Below are positions 21,994 to 30,924 of a DNA stretch of 64,000 nucleotides, piece by piece. The stretch is from positions 70,168 to 134,167 of the forward strand of contig JAVKGX010000005.1 of assembly GCA_031432545.1 (NCBI GenBank), given 5' to 3'. The notes under the pieces were generated by a model, which saw nothing but the letters and a program-made list of their open reading frames with translations, made no database searches and was not told the DNA's origin. Both the position numbers and the translations under genes were made by a program. Position 1 is the first letter of the stretch, and every line of letters starts with the position of its first letter. The stretch is from Candidatus Caldifonticola tengchongensis. Its GTDB lineage: Bacteria; Sysuimicrobiota; Sysuimicrobiia; Sysuimicrobiales; Sysuimicrobiaceae.

Positions 21994-23064
21994 ATGAGCG
22001 CACGGGAGGTCACCGCCAAGGCAAAGCACCTCGAGATGGGCCTCAGCGACGCCGACGTGCTCGAGATGTACCGCTACATCGTCCTGGCGCGCGCGCTGGA
22101 CGACCGGATGTGGGTCCTGCAGCGGGCCGGCAAAGCCATGTTCGTGATCTCTGGGCCCGGGCACGAGGGCGCGCAGGTCGGGATGATGTGGCCGTTGGAC
22201 CGCAAGCACGACTGGTTCGTGCCTTTCTACCGGTCGGTGGCGGCGGTCCTCGTCAAGGGCATGTCGCCGGCCGAGATCCTGCTGTCGCTGCTGGCGAAGG
22301 CGACGGATCCCAGCAGCGGAGGCCGCCAGATGCCGGCCCACTACGGCCACCCGCGCTACAAAATCCTGTCGACGAGCAGCCCGGTGGGCACGCAGTACCC
22401 CCACGCCGCGGGGATCGCGTACGCGGCGAAGATCCGGCGAACCGGGGAGGTGGTCATCACCTCCATCGGGGACGGCGGGACGAGCCAGGGCGACTGGCAC
22501 GAGGCCCTCAACTTCGCGGCGATCCACAAGGTGCCGTGCATCTTCGCGGTGGAGAACAACCGATACGCGATTTCGGTCCCGCTGAACAAGCAGATGGCGG
22601 TGCCCAGCATCGCGCTGCGTGCGCAGGGCTACGGGATGCCCGGTTCCTCCGTGGACGGCAACGACGTCCTGGAGTGCTATCGCGTCACCAAGGAAGCGTA
22701 TGACCGCGCGAAACGGGGGGATGGGCCCACCCTCATCGAGTTCCGCGTCGAGCGGTTGGGGTCGCACAGCAGCGACGACCAGCAGGAGCGCTACCGGCCG
22801 AAGGAGGAGATCGAAGCCGCAAGACAGCGCGATCCCATCCTCACCTTCGGGACGTATCTGCGCTCGGTGGGACTGCTGGACGACGCGAAGGACCAGCAGC
22901 TGCGCGCGGAAGTGCAGCGGGAGATCGACGAGGCCACCGACGTCGCCGAGCGCGCGCCGGACCCCGATCCGGCCACCGCGGCCCGGCACGTCTACTACGA
23001 CCCTGACCCGGACAACCCCGTGGACCCGGTGTGGTGGAGGGGCGACACCGACCGTCGGAGGTGA
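21994..23064 (+). CDS. 2-oxoacid (branched-chain/pyruvate type) dehydrogenase E1 alpha subunit, TPP-dependent
   Basis: It has a GHEG-type motif and the TPP-binding GDGGTSQGDWHEALNFA. ATG 21994 has an AAGGGGG SD. ATG 21946 is the alternative start. Confidence 0.88.
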   Translation: MSAREVTAKAKHLEMGLSDADVLEMYRYIVLARALDDRMWVLQRAGKAMFVISGPGHEGAQVGMMWPLDRKHDWFVPFYRSVAAVLVKGMSPAEILLSLLAKATDPSSGGRQMPAHYGHPRYKILSTSSPVGTQYPHAAGIAYAAKIRRTGEVVITSIGDGGTSQGDWHEALNFAAIHKVPCIFAVENNRYAISVPLNKQMAVPSIALRAQGYGMPGSSVDGNDVLECYRVTKEAYDRAKRGDGPTLIEFRVERLGSHSSDDQQERYRPKEEIEAARQRDPILTFGTYLRSVGLLDDAKDQQLRAEVQREIDEATDVAERAPDPDPATAARHVYYDPDPDNPVDPVWWRGDTDRRR

Positions 23065-23067
23065 GCG

Positions 23068-24051
23068 ATGCCCGAGATCCGTTACCTGGATGCGCTGAAC
23101 CAGGCTCACCACGAGGAGTTCGAGCGTGACGAGCGGGTCATCGTGATGGGCGAAGACGTCGGCCGCAAGGGCGGTGTCTTCGGCGTGACGATGGGCCTGT
23201 ACGAGAAATTCGGAGAGGACCGGGTCATCGACACGCCGCTGGCGGAGTCTTCGATCGTCGGGTGCGCGATCGGCATGGCGGCCAACGGGCTGCTGCCGAT
23301 CGCCGAGATCCAGTTCGCCGACTTCATCCATCCGGCATTCGACCAGATCGTGAGCGAGGCGGCCCGCATGCGCTACCGCTCGAACGGTGCGTTCGGGTGC
23401 CCGATGGTGATCCGCGTTCCCTACGGCGGCTCCCACGGCACGGCGCTGTACCACTCGCAGAGCGTCGAGGCCTTCTACGCGCACGTGCCGGGGTTGAAGG
23501 TCGTCGCCCCCTACACGCCCTACGACGCTAAGGGGATGCTGAAGGAGGCCATTCGGGACCCCGACCCGGTGCTGTTCCTGGAGCACAAGCGCATGTACCG
23601 GATCGTCAAGGGTGAAGTTCCCGAGGGCGACTACACGGTGCCGATCGGCCCCGCGGTGGTCCGGCGCGAGGGCAAGGACATCTCGGTCTTCGCGTACGGT
23701 TGGATGCTGCACGAGTCGCTGCAGGCGGCCCAGGCGCTGGCCGCCGAGGGGATCGACGTGGAGGTGGTCGACGTCCGGAGCCTCCGACCGCTGGACAAGG
23801 AGACGATTCTCGGCTCGGTGGCGAAGACCAACAAGGCGCTGATCGTCTACGAGGACAACCGCTTCGTCGGGTTCGGTGCCGAACTGGCGGCCCTGATCGC
23901 CGAAGAGGCGTTCGAGGACCTCGACGGTCCGGTGACGCGCCTTGCGGGCCCGGATGTCCCCGGCATCCCGTTCGCCAAACCCCTGGAGCAGTGGTTCTGG
24001 ATCACCCAGGAGAAGATCGCCTCGGCGGTTCGCAAGCTGGCGCACTACTAA
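23068..24051 (+). CDS. 2-oxoacid dehydrogenase E1 beta subunit
   Basis: Signatures are EDVG..GGVF, DTPLAE, and a transketolase-like C-terminal domain. Confidence 0.92.
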   Translation: MPEIRYLDALNQAHHEEFERDERVIVMGEDVGRKGGVFGVTMGLYEKFGEDRVIDTPLAESSIVGCAIGMAANGLLPIAEIQFADFIHPAFDQIVSEAARMRYRSNGAFGCPMVIRVPYGGSHGTALYHSQSVEAFYAHVPGLKVVAPYTPYDAKGMLKEAIRDPDPVLFLEHKRMYRIVKGEVPEGDYTVPIGPAVVRREGKDISVFAYGWMLHESLQAAQALAAEGIDVEVVDVRSLRPLDKETILGSVAKTNKALIVYEDNRFVGFGAELAALIAEEAFEDLDGPVTRLAGPDVPGIPFAKPLEQWFWITQEKIASAVRKLAHY

Positions 24052-24092
24052 GAGGACAGTCGGCGGGCGCCGTCGATGAGGAGGACGTAGGG

Positions 24093-25328
24093 ATGCCCAC
24101 CGAAGTGAAGATGCCGCAGCTGGGCGAGAGCACCTACGAGGCCACGATCGGGAAGTGGCTGAAGAAACCCGGCGACCAGATCCAGCGCTTCGAGCCGCTC
24201 GTCGAACTGATCACCGACAAGGTCAACGTGGAGATGCCCTCTCCGGTCGGGGGCAAGCTGCTGGAGATCGTGGCCGAGGAAGGCCAGACGCTTCCCACTG
24301 GCGCTGTGATCGCCCTGGTGGAGACCGCGGAGCCGGCACAAGCACCCACCGCGGCCGCTGGGACCGACGGAGAAGAGCCACAGGCACGCCAGGAGGTGTC
24401 CGCGGTCGGGAAGGCCGCCGAGGCCGCCCCGCGCAGGGCGGGCGGGCTGCGGCTGTCGCCGCTGGTCAGCCGGCTGGCGGACGAGCACGGCATCCACCCG
24501 GAAGAACTCGCGCGCATCGAGGGCACGGGGGCGGGCGGACGGATCACAAAGAACGACGTCCTCAGATACCTTGAGCGGCGCGGTGCGGCTGCCGCCCCGG
24601 CGGCTCCACCCAAGCCACCCGAGGTGCGGGCCGCGTCCGGTGACCGCGTGATTCCACTGGACGCGGTGCGCAGGGCGATCGCCGACCGCATGGCCCGCGC
24701 GAAGCGTGAGATCCCGCACGCCTACGGCGTCGTCGAGGCCGACGTCACAGAGCTGACGCGCTGGTACGAGGCCAACCGCGACGCCTTCCTGGCGCACAAC
24801 GGGGTGCGGCTGACGTACACGGCGCTGTTCGTCCGGGCGGTCGTCGAGGGCCTCAAGGCGTTTCCGATCGTCAACGCCCAGTGGTCGGAACAGGGGATCG
24901 TCCAGAAGGGCGCGATGAACATCGGCGTGGCGGTCTCTTTCGAAGACGCCCTGGTGGTTCCGGTGATCCACCACGCGGAGGAGAAGAGCCTGGTCGGGGT
25001 GGCGCGGGAGCTCGATGCGATCGTGCGCCGCACGCGCGAGGGTAAGCTGGCCCTCGACGACGTCCAGGGCGGGACGTTCACGATCACGAATCCGGGCGTG
25101 TTCGGCTCGATCCTCTCGATGCCGATCATCAATTACCCGCAGGCGGCCATCCTCGCGACCGACGCAATCGTGAAGCGGCCGGTCGTACGGGACGACGCGA
25201 TCGCGATCCGTGCGATCATGCACCTGGGGCTGTCGTTCGACCACCGCGTCTTCGACGGCGCCGTGGCGGTGGGCTTCCTCAACAAGGTAAAGGAGTGCCT
25301 CGAGGCCGTCGATCCGGTGACGAGGTGA
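24093..25328 (+). CDS. dihydrolipoamide acyltransferase (E2)
   Basis: The lipoyl domain (MPQLGES...ELITDKVNVEMPSP), the E3-binding domain (LSPLVSRLADEHGI), and the catalytic DHRVFDG motif are all present. Confidence 0.9.
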   Translation: MPTEVKMPQLGESTYEATIGKWLKKPGDQIQRFEPLVELITDKVNVEMPSPVGGKLLEIVAEEGQTLPTGAVIALVETAEPAQAPTAAAGTDGEEPQARQEVSAVGKAAEAAPRRAGGLRLSPLVSRLADEHGIHPEELARIEGTGAGGRITKNDVLRYLERRGAAAAPAAPPKPPEVRAASGDRVIPLDAVRRAIADRMARAKREIPHAYGVVEADVTELTRWYEANRDAFLAHNGVRLTYTALFVRAVVEGLKAFPIVNAQWSEQGIVQKGAMNIGVAVSFEDALVVPVIHHAEEKSLVGVARELDAIVRRTREGKLALDDVQGGTFTITNPGVFGSILSMPIINYPQAAILATDAIVKRPVVRDDAIAIRAIMHLGLSFDHRVFDGAVAVGFLNKVKECLEAVDPVTR

Positions 25329-26254
25329 GCACGGGCGGCCGGCGGCCGCCCCACGGAGAACACCCTGTGGCCATCGATACCAAACCGACGCCGCTGCAGC
25401 GCCCACCCTGGCTGAAGGCCAGGCTGCCGACGGGCCCCAACTACAGCGAACTCGTCCGGATCATGCGCGAGCAGAAGCTGCACACCGTCTGCGAGGAGGC
25501 ACGCTGTCCGAACATCGGCGACTGCTGGGAGCGCCGGACGGCCACCTTCTTGGTCCTCGGAAACGTCTGCACGCGGAACTGCTCGTACTGCGCGATCGCC
25601 CACGGGCTCCCCAGCGAGCTGGACTGGCAGGAACCGGAGCGCGTGGCCCGGGCGGTCCAGGCCATGGGGCTGCGGCACGCCGTCGTGACGTCCGTCGACC
25701 GGGACGACCTCCGGGACGGGGGAGCGGGGATCTTTGCGATGACGATCCGCAAGATCCGGGACTACGTACCGGGCTGCGGAATCGAGGTGTTGATCCCCGA
25801 CTTCAAGGGGGACGCCGATGCGCTCCGCACAGTCTTGGACGCCGGCCCGGACATCCTCAACCACAACATCGAGACCGTGCGGCACATCTTCCGCCGCGTC
25901 CGCAGCGGGGGGGACTACGACCGCTCGCTGGAGCTGCTGCGCCGGGTGAAGGCCTGGGGCTATCCCTGTCTGACCAAGAGCGGGCTCATGGTGGGACTGG
26001 GTGAGACGATGGACGACGTCCTGGAGACGATGCGAGACCTGCGCGCGGTGGGCTGCGACATCCTGACCGTCGGGCAGTACCTGAGTCCGGGCCCCGACTA
26101 CGAGCCGATCCACCGCTACTGGCACCCCGACGAGTTTGCGGAGATCAAGCGCGCCGGACGGGCCATGGGGTTCCGCCACGTCGAGTCCGGCCCGCTGGTG
26201 CGCTCCAGCTACCACGCCGACGAGCAGGTGGATCGCGCGACGGCGACCGCATGA
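25325..26254 (+). CDS. lipA: lipoyl synthase
   Basis: Signatures are PPWLK, the auxiliary-cluster motif CEEARCPNIGDC, and the radical-SAM motif CTRNCSYC. GTG 25325 overlaps the E2 stop (GTGA). The start is not certain. Confidence 0.9.
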   Translation: MSTGGRRPPHGEHPVAIDTKPTPLQRPPWLKARLPTGPNYSELVRIMREQKLHTVCEEARCPNIGDCWERRTATFLVLGNVCTRNCSYCAIAHGLPSELDWQEPERVARAVQAMGLRHAVVTSVDRDDLRDGGAGIFAMTIRKIRDYVPGCGIEVLIPDFKGDADALRTVLDAGPDILNHNIETVRHIFRRVRSGGDYDRSLELLRRVKAWGYPCLTKSGLMVGLGETMDDVLETMRDLRAVGCDILTVGQYLSPGPDYEPIHRYWHPDEFAEIKRAGRAMGFRHVESGPLVRSSYHADEQVDRATATA

Positions 26255-26709
26255 GGGCGGTGGCGCATCGACCGCGCACCCGCGCGCCCGCCGCACCGCC
26301 TCCGGTTGACGTGCACCTTCGCAGGCTCTGGCAGGACGCGCTGCTGGTCTTCCTGCACGGACCCGGCTGCGCGGGGTGCGTGCAGATCGCGTCCCAGTTG
26401 GTCCGGCATTGGGCGGAGTGGGACAGATGGGGAACCGGGGTGATCGTCCTGCGGTCTGACCCGTCCGGCTTTTCCGATGTGCCGTTTCCGCAGGTCCATG
26501 ACCCGGGCGGCGGCGCCAGGCAGGCGTACGGAGGGGCGGCGGACGCCGTCCTGGCATGCCTCGATCACCGCGGCCGCTGGATGGCGGGGTGGACGGTGAC
26601 CCACCCGGAGGCGGTGGACTGGCACGAGGTGGCCCAGACCGTCCGCTGGGTGGCCATCCAGGAGCCGGAGTGCGCGGCCTGCGCCGTCGAACCCGCGTGG
26701 GAAGACTGA
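26251..26709 (+). CDS. thioredoxin-fold-like CxxC protein (hypothetical)
   Basis: It has LVFLHGPGCAGC (CxxC after a beta-strand-like run) and a second C-terminal CAAC. ATG 26251 overlaps the lipA stop (ATGA). Confidence 0.5.
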   Translation: MRAVAHRPRTRAPAAPPPVDVHLRRLWQDALLVFLHGPGCAGCVQIASQLVRHWAEWDRWGTGVIVLRSDPSGFSDVPFPQVHDPGGGARQAYGGAADAVLACLDHRGRWMAGWTVTHPEAVDWHEVAQTVRWVAIQEPECAACAVEPAWED

Positions 26710-26715
26710 CGAGAT

Positions 26716-26744
26716 TTGACACCCCGCCTCCGTTGGGCTAGATT
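26716..26744 (+). promoter_or_regulatory. sigma-A-type promoter (TTGACA-17 nt-TAGATT) ahead of moeZ
   Basis: The -35 hexamer is a perfect match (26716-26721), the spacer is 17 nt, and the -10 is TAGATT (26739-26744). Confidence 0.5.
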
Positions 26745-26918
26745 CCTGGCAGGGTTCGCAGCCGAGATGACACCGTCGCTTCCGCTCCACCGCCCGCGCG
26801 AGTGTATCTGTCCTCGGCGGGAGCGCCCCGGTTCCCCCCGGGCATAGCCTCCCGCGCGCGCGGGCAGATCCCGACGATCCTTCACGTTGTTTTCGGTCGG
26901 CAGACCAGGAGGAAGGCC

Positions 26919-28088
26919 ATGATCACGGCCGGGGCGATGCTTTCTACAGAACAGCTCGATCGGTACTCGCGGCAGATCGTGCTCGAGGAGGTAGGGGTTG
27001 CGGGTCAGCGCAGGATGCTGGACGCGAAGGTGGTGATCATCGGCGCCGGCGGGCTGGGATCGCCGGCGGCGCTGTACCTCGCCGCAGCCGGCGTGGGGAC
27101 GCTCGGCATTGTCGACGGAGACCGGGTGGACCTCACCAACCTGCATCGCCAGGTGTTGCACTACACCCACGACATTGGCCGCCCCAAGACCCAGTCGGCG
27201 CGCCGCACGCTGGAGGACATCAATCCCGACGTGCGGGTGATCCCGCATGCGACGGTGCTGACATCGGACAACGCCCTGAAGATCCTCGAACCGTACGATG
27301 TCGTGGTCAACGGAAGCGACAACTTCCCCACGCGGTACCTGGTGAACGACGCCTGTGTCCTCCTGGGCAAGCCGCTCGTGGACGCCAGCATCCTGCGCTG
27401 GGAGGGGCAGGCCACGACGTTTTTGCCCGGGCGCGGCTGCTACCGGTGCCTCTTCCCCACACCGCCGCCTCCCGGCGCCGTGCCGTCCTGCGCCGAGGGC
27501 GGGATCATCGGCGCGGTGGCGGGGTTCATGGGCACGTACCAGGCCATCGAGACGATCAAGATCCTGCTCGGCGTCGGGACGGCGCAGGCCAACCGGTTAA
27601 TGCTGTTTGACGCGCTGGACGGTGAGGTGCGCTACGTCCGGTGGGCCCGCAACCCCGACTGCCCCGTGTGCGGTGACGCACCGACGATCCGCGAACTCAT
27701 CGACTACGAGCAGTTCTGCGGGGTGCCGATGCCCGACCGCGCGGCTCCGGCTGTCCGCAGCCCGGCGGAGGTGAGCGCCGTCGAGGCGGCGCAGATGCTG
27801 GCGGCAGGAGCGCAGCTCGTGGACGTCCGGGAGGCGTGGGAGGTCGCTCAGTCGCACATCCCGGGGATGCGCTGGATTCCGATGGGCGAGGTCGAGCAGC
27901 GGGTCGGCGAGATCGCTCGGGACCGGCCGGTGATCGTCTACTGCGCGTCGGGTCAGCGCAGCGGGAAGGTGACGGAGTGGCTGCGAGAGCGCGGATACGG
28001 CCAGGCCTACAATCTCGCTGGCGGCATCATCGCCTGGCAGAACGCACACCAACCGGTGGCGCAGGGCGCCACGCAAGACCAGGGGTAG
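26919..28088 (+). CDS. moeZ: MoeB/ThiF-type adenylyltransferase fused to a C-terminal rhodanese domain (MoeZ-type)
   Basis: Signatures are YSRQI, GAGGLGSP, CxxC pairs (CYRC, CPVC), and the rhodanese loop YCASGQRS. An AGGAGGA SD precedes ATG 26919. Confidence 0.88.
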   Translation: MITAGAMLSTEQLDRYSRQIVLEEVGVAGQRRMLDAKVVIIGAGGLGSPAALYLAAAGVGTLGIVDGDRVDLTNLHRQVLHYTHDIGRPKTQSARRTLEDINPDVRVIPHATVLTSDNALKILEPYDVVVNGSDNFPTRYLVNDACVLLGKPLVDASILRWEGQATTFLPGRGCYRCLFPTPPPPGAVPSCAEGGIIGAVAGFMGTYQAIETIKILLGVGTAQANRLMLFDALDGEVRYVRWARNPDCPVCGDAPTIRELIDYEQFCGVPMPDRAAPAVRSPAEVSAVEAAQMLAAGAQLVDVREAWEVAQSHIPGMRWIPMGEVEQRVGEIARDRPVIVYCASGQRSGKVTEWLRERGYGQAYNLAGGIIAWQNAHQPVAQGATQDQG

Positions 28089-28092
28089 CCGC

Positions 28093-28575
28093 TCAGATAC
28101 CCATCACGTGGGCGACGACGCGGCGGGTCTGCGGGCCGTCGAGTTCCGCGAAGATCACGCTCTGCCAGCGCCCCAGCAGCAGCTTGCCCTCGCTGATGGG
28201 GATCGTGACGCTGTTGCCGACCAGCAGCGACCGCAGGTGGGAGACCGCGTTGCCGCGTTCGCAGTCGGAGTAGTCGGGGTCGTTGTGCAGATAACGGTCG
28301 GTCTCCGTGACCAGGCGCTTGAGCAGTTCCTTGATGTCGTGCAGCAGCGCTCCCTGGAACTCGTTTAAGAACAGTGCGGTGGTCGTGTGAAGGGACTGCA
28401 GGTGCACGATCCCGTGGGTGACCTCGGCCAGGGCCGGGAGGCTGCGCACCATCTCCGTGATGTTCTGAACCTCGTACTTTTCGGTGCTGTCGATCTGGAA
28501 GGTCTCGGTGAACACCTTGAAGAGCGCACCCGCCACCTGCTTCACGTGGATCTCCCTCCCAGTGGGCACACCCAT
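28093..28575 (-). CDS. yjbQ: YjbQ/UPF0047-family protein (secondary thiamine-phosphate synthase family)
   Basis: Signatures are GIVHLQSLHTTTALFLNE, NAVSHLRS, and GRWQSVIFAELDGP. The start is uncertain (ATG 28575 or GTG 28545). Confidence 0.8.
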   Translation of the reverse strand: MGVPTGREIHVKQVAGALFKVFTETFQIDSTEKYEVQNITEMVRSLPALAEVTHGIVHLQSLHTTTALFLNEFQGALLHDIKELLKRLVTETDRYLHNDPDYSDCERGNAVSHLRSLLVGNSVTIPISEGKLLLGRWQSVIFAELDGPQTRRVVAHVMGI

Positions 28576-28684
28576 GCCCTCCCGGGCCGCAGCGCCGTCG
28601 CCCGGAGCGTTCTCGATCTTCTCCAAACCCGCTCGAAGAGCCGGACCGTCGAATTCAGGCGGATTGTAGCACACGACACGGTGT

Positions 28685-28713
28685 TTGACACCCCTGGGGG
28701 GCAACCCTACAAT
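28685..28713 (+). promoter_or_regulatory. sigma-A-type promoter (TTGACA-17 nt-TACAAT) for iscA-nfu
   Basis: TTGACA lies at 28685-28690, the spacer is 17 nt, and TACAAT lies at 28708-28713. A GGAGG SD and GTG 28743 follow. Confidence 0.6.
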
Positions 28714-28742
28714 CGAGTCGGACAGCCGCACTGGAGGCAGCC

Positions 28743-29117
28743 GTGATCACGATCACAGAGACCGCCGCGGGGAAGCTGAAGGAGATTCTGGCGCAGGAAG
28801 ACGCGCCCAAAGGCCACCTGCGTCTGTTCGTGGCCAAGGGCGGTTGCGAGGGCTACACATACGGCATGGGGTTCGACGACGAGGTCCGCGAGGGCGACCG
28901 TGTGCTCGAGCAACACGGCGTCCGTCTCGTTGTCGATCCGTTGACTTTCAAGGTGATGGCGGGCGCGCGGATCGACTACCGCCGCACGCCGATGGGGGAA
29001 GGGTTCGCGGTGCACAACCCGAGGGCGGTCGCCACCTGTGGCTGCGGGCACTCCTTCAAGACGCAGGACGATCCCGGCGAGCCCGATCCGTGCGAGCAGG
29101 CGGAGGATACCCGATGA
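28743..29117 (+). CDS. HesB/IscA-family iron-sulfur cluster insertion protein
   Basis: Signatures are ITITETAA.KLKE, GGCEGY.Y, and the C-terminal CGCGHSF. Confidence 0.88.
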   Translation: MITITETAAGKLKEILAQEDAPKGHLRLFVAKGGCEGYTYGMGFDDEVREGDRVLEQHGVRLVVDPLTFKVMAGARIDYRRTPMGEGFAVHNPRAVATCGCGHSFKTQDDPGEPDPCEQAEDTR

Positions 29118-29371
29118 GCGAGGCCGTCCAGCAGGTAGAGCCGACGCTGCACGAGCGCGTCCAGCGGGTGCTCGACACCATCCGGCCCTATATCCAGGCC
29201 GACGGGGGTGACATCGAACTGGTCGACGTCGCCGACGGCGTCGTGCAGATCCGACTCGCCGGGGCGTGCGTCGGCTGCATGTACTCTATGATGACGCTGC
29301 AGGCCGGCGTCGAGCGCATGATCCGGGAGGAGATTCCCGAGATCAAGGCCGTGGAAGCCGTTCCCTTCTAG
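29114..29371 (+). CDS. NifU C-terminal-domain (Nfu-type) Fe-S scaffold/carrier protein
   Basis: Signatures are IRPYIQADGGDIELV and GACVGC (CxxC). ATG 29114 overlaps the iscA stop (ATGA). Confidence 0.8.
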   Translation: MSEAVQQVEPTLHERVQRVLDTIRPYIQADGGDIELVDVADGVVQIRLAGACVGCMYSMMTLQAGVERMIREEIPEIKAVEAVPF

Positions 29372-29400
29372 CCGACGCGGTGCATCAGGGAAACGCTCGA

Positions 29401-29433
29401 GGCCCCTCCCCGACGGCGAGGGGCCGTTTCTTT
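29401..29433 (+). terminator. rho-independent terminator after nfu
   Basis: GGCCCCTC (29401-08) pairs with GAGGGGCC (29418-25) around a 9-nt loop. A TTTCTTT tract follows. Confidence 0.7.
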
Positions 29434-29463
29434 GGGAGTGAGAAGCCAACGGGAGTGGTCGAG

Positions 29464-30924
29464 ATGGCGACCCAGTGGACACGGGTCCTCCGCAAACTGG
29501 ACGACTACCGGTGGGAGATCCCGCGCGACTACAAGCCGGGCATGCGGGTACCCGGATTGGTGTACGCGGATGAGTCGATGCTGCGGCAAATCGGCCAGGA
29601 CCAGGCCCTCGAACAAGTCGCCAACGTCGCTACGCTGCCCGGCATCGTCCGGTATTCCCTGGCGATGCCCGACATCCACTGGGGCTACGGCTTCCCAGTG
29701 GGCGGCGTGGCGGCGATGCGCGCCGATGACGGCGTGATCTCACCGGGCGGAATCGGCTTCGACATCAACTGTGGGGTCCGGCTGCTGCGGACCGACCTCA
29801 GCGAGGAGGAGGTCCGACCGAAGCTGCGGGAGCTGGTCGAGACGTTGTTCCGCAACGTTCCCTCGGGCGTCGGCAGCACCGGTAAGGTACGGGTGTCGAT
29901 GCAGGAGATCGACGATGTGCTGCGCTTTGGGGCGCGGTGGGCCGTCGAGAAAGGGTTCGGCACGCCGGCAGACCTCGACAGCATCGAAGCCGGAGGACAG
30001 CTGCGCGAGGCCGACCCTGCCAACGTCAGCCACAGGGCGCGGGAGCGCGGCAAGGACCAGCTGGGCACCCTGGGCTCGGGGAACCACTTCCTGGAGGTCC
30101 AGGTCGTAGACCAGGTCTACGATGCCCGCGCCGCCGGGGCGATGGGCATCACCGCACCCGGCCAAGTCGTCGTCTTCATCCACACGGGGTCGCGCGGGCT
30201 CGGCTACCAGATCTGCGAGGACTATCTCAAGGTGATGGACCGTGCCGGCGCGAAATACGGCATCGCGCTGCCGGATCGCCAGTTGGCCTGCGCACCGTTC
30301 GGGTCGCCGGAGGGGCAGGACTACTTCCGGGCGATGTGCTGCGCGGCGAATTTCGCGTGGGCCAACCGCCAGATGATCACGCACTGGGTGAGGGAGTCGT
30401 TCGCACGCGTGCTGGGACGGGCCCTGGAGGACATCGGGCTGCAGATCGTCTACGACGTCGCTCACAACATCGCCAAGCTGGAGACGTACCCGACGAACGG
30501 GGAACTGCAACGCGTCGTGGTGCACCGCAAAGGCGCCACGCGTGCGTTTCCGCCGGGCCACCCCGAGGTTCCGGCGCGTTACCGCGACGTCGGCCAGCCG
30601 GTGCTGATCCCCGGCGACATGGGTCGCTACTCGTTCGTCGCCGTGGGCACCGAGCGCGCGATGGCGGAGACCTTCGGATCGACCTGCCACGGGGCCGGCC
30701 GTGTCCGCAGCCGCAAGGCGGCGGTGCGCGAACTGCGCGGGGTGGACGTCGCCAGCGTGCTGGAACGGAGGGGAATCCTCGTGCGCGCACAGAACCGCGG
30801 CCTGCTCGCCGAGGAGGCCTCGGAGGCCTACAAGGACGTCGCAGAGGTGGTCGAGGTCTGCCACGGCGCAGGCATCTCCCGGAAGGTGGCCCGCATGCGC
30901 CCGATCGGCGTGGTCAAGGGGTGA
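29464..30924 (+). CDS. rtcB: RNA-splicing ligase RtcB
   Basis: Signatures are [37 protein letters not shown], and CHGAGR. Confidence 0.92.
   Translation: MATQWTRVLRKLDDYRWEIPRDYKPGMRVPGLVYADESMLRQIGQDQALEQVANVATLPGIVRYSLAMPDIHWGYGFPVGGVAAMRADDGVISPGGIGFDINCGVRLLRTDLSEEEVRPKLRELVETLFRNVPSGVGSTGKVRVSMQEIDDVLRFGARWAVEKGFGTPADLDSIEAGGQLREADPANVSHRARERGKDQLGTLGSGNHFLEVQVVDQVYDARAAGAMGITAPGQVVVFIHTGSRGLGYQICEDYLKVMDRAGAKYGIALPDRQLACAPFGSPEGQDYFRAMCCAANFAWANRQMITHWVRESFARVLGRALEDIGLQIVYDVAHNIAKLETYPTNGELQRVVVHRKGATRAFPPGHPEVPARYRDVGQPVLIPGDMGRYSFVAVGTERAMAETFGSTCHGAGRVRSRKAAVRELRGVDVASVLERRGILVRAQNRGLLAEEASEAYKDVAEVVEVCHGAGISRKVARMRPIGVVKG

Noticed and set aside
20488-24045. A 1185-aa ORF on the minus strand. 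Many similar long ORFs exist (for example 5245-8127 +, 5990-7609 -, 25133-26722 -, 31539-33554 -, 32617-34593 -, 38938-40797 +, 46264-48270 -, 58672-60897 -, 61730-63220 +).
   Set aside because: All are Arg/Pro/Gly/Ala/Asp-rich low-complexity translations with no family motifs. They lie antisense or out of frame to ORFs with unambiguous family signatures (lpd/E1/E2, dnaE2, lipA, acyl-CoA dehydrogenase, CNNM, the histidine kinase, moeA, coxL). This is the expected stop-codon depletion of a very GC-rich genome.
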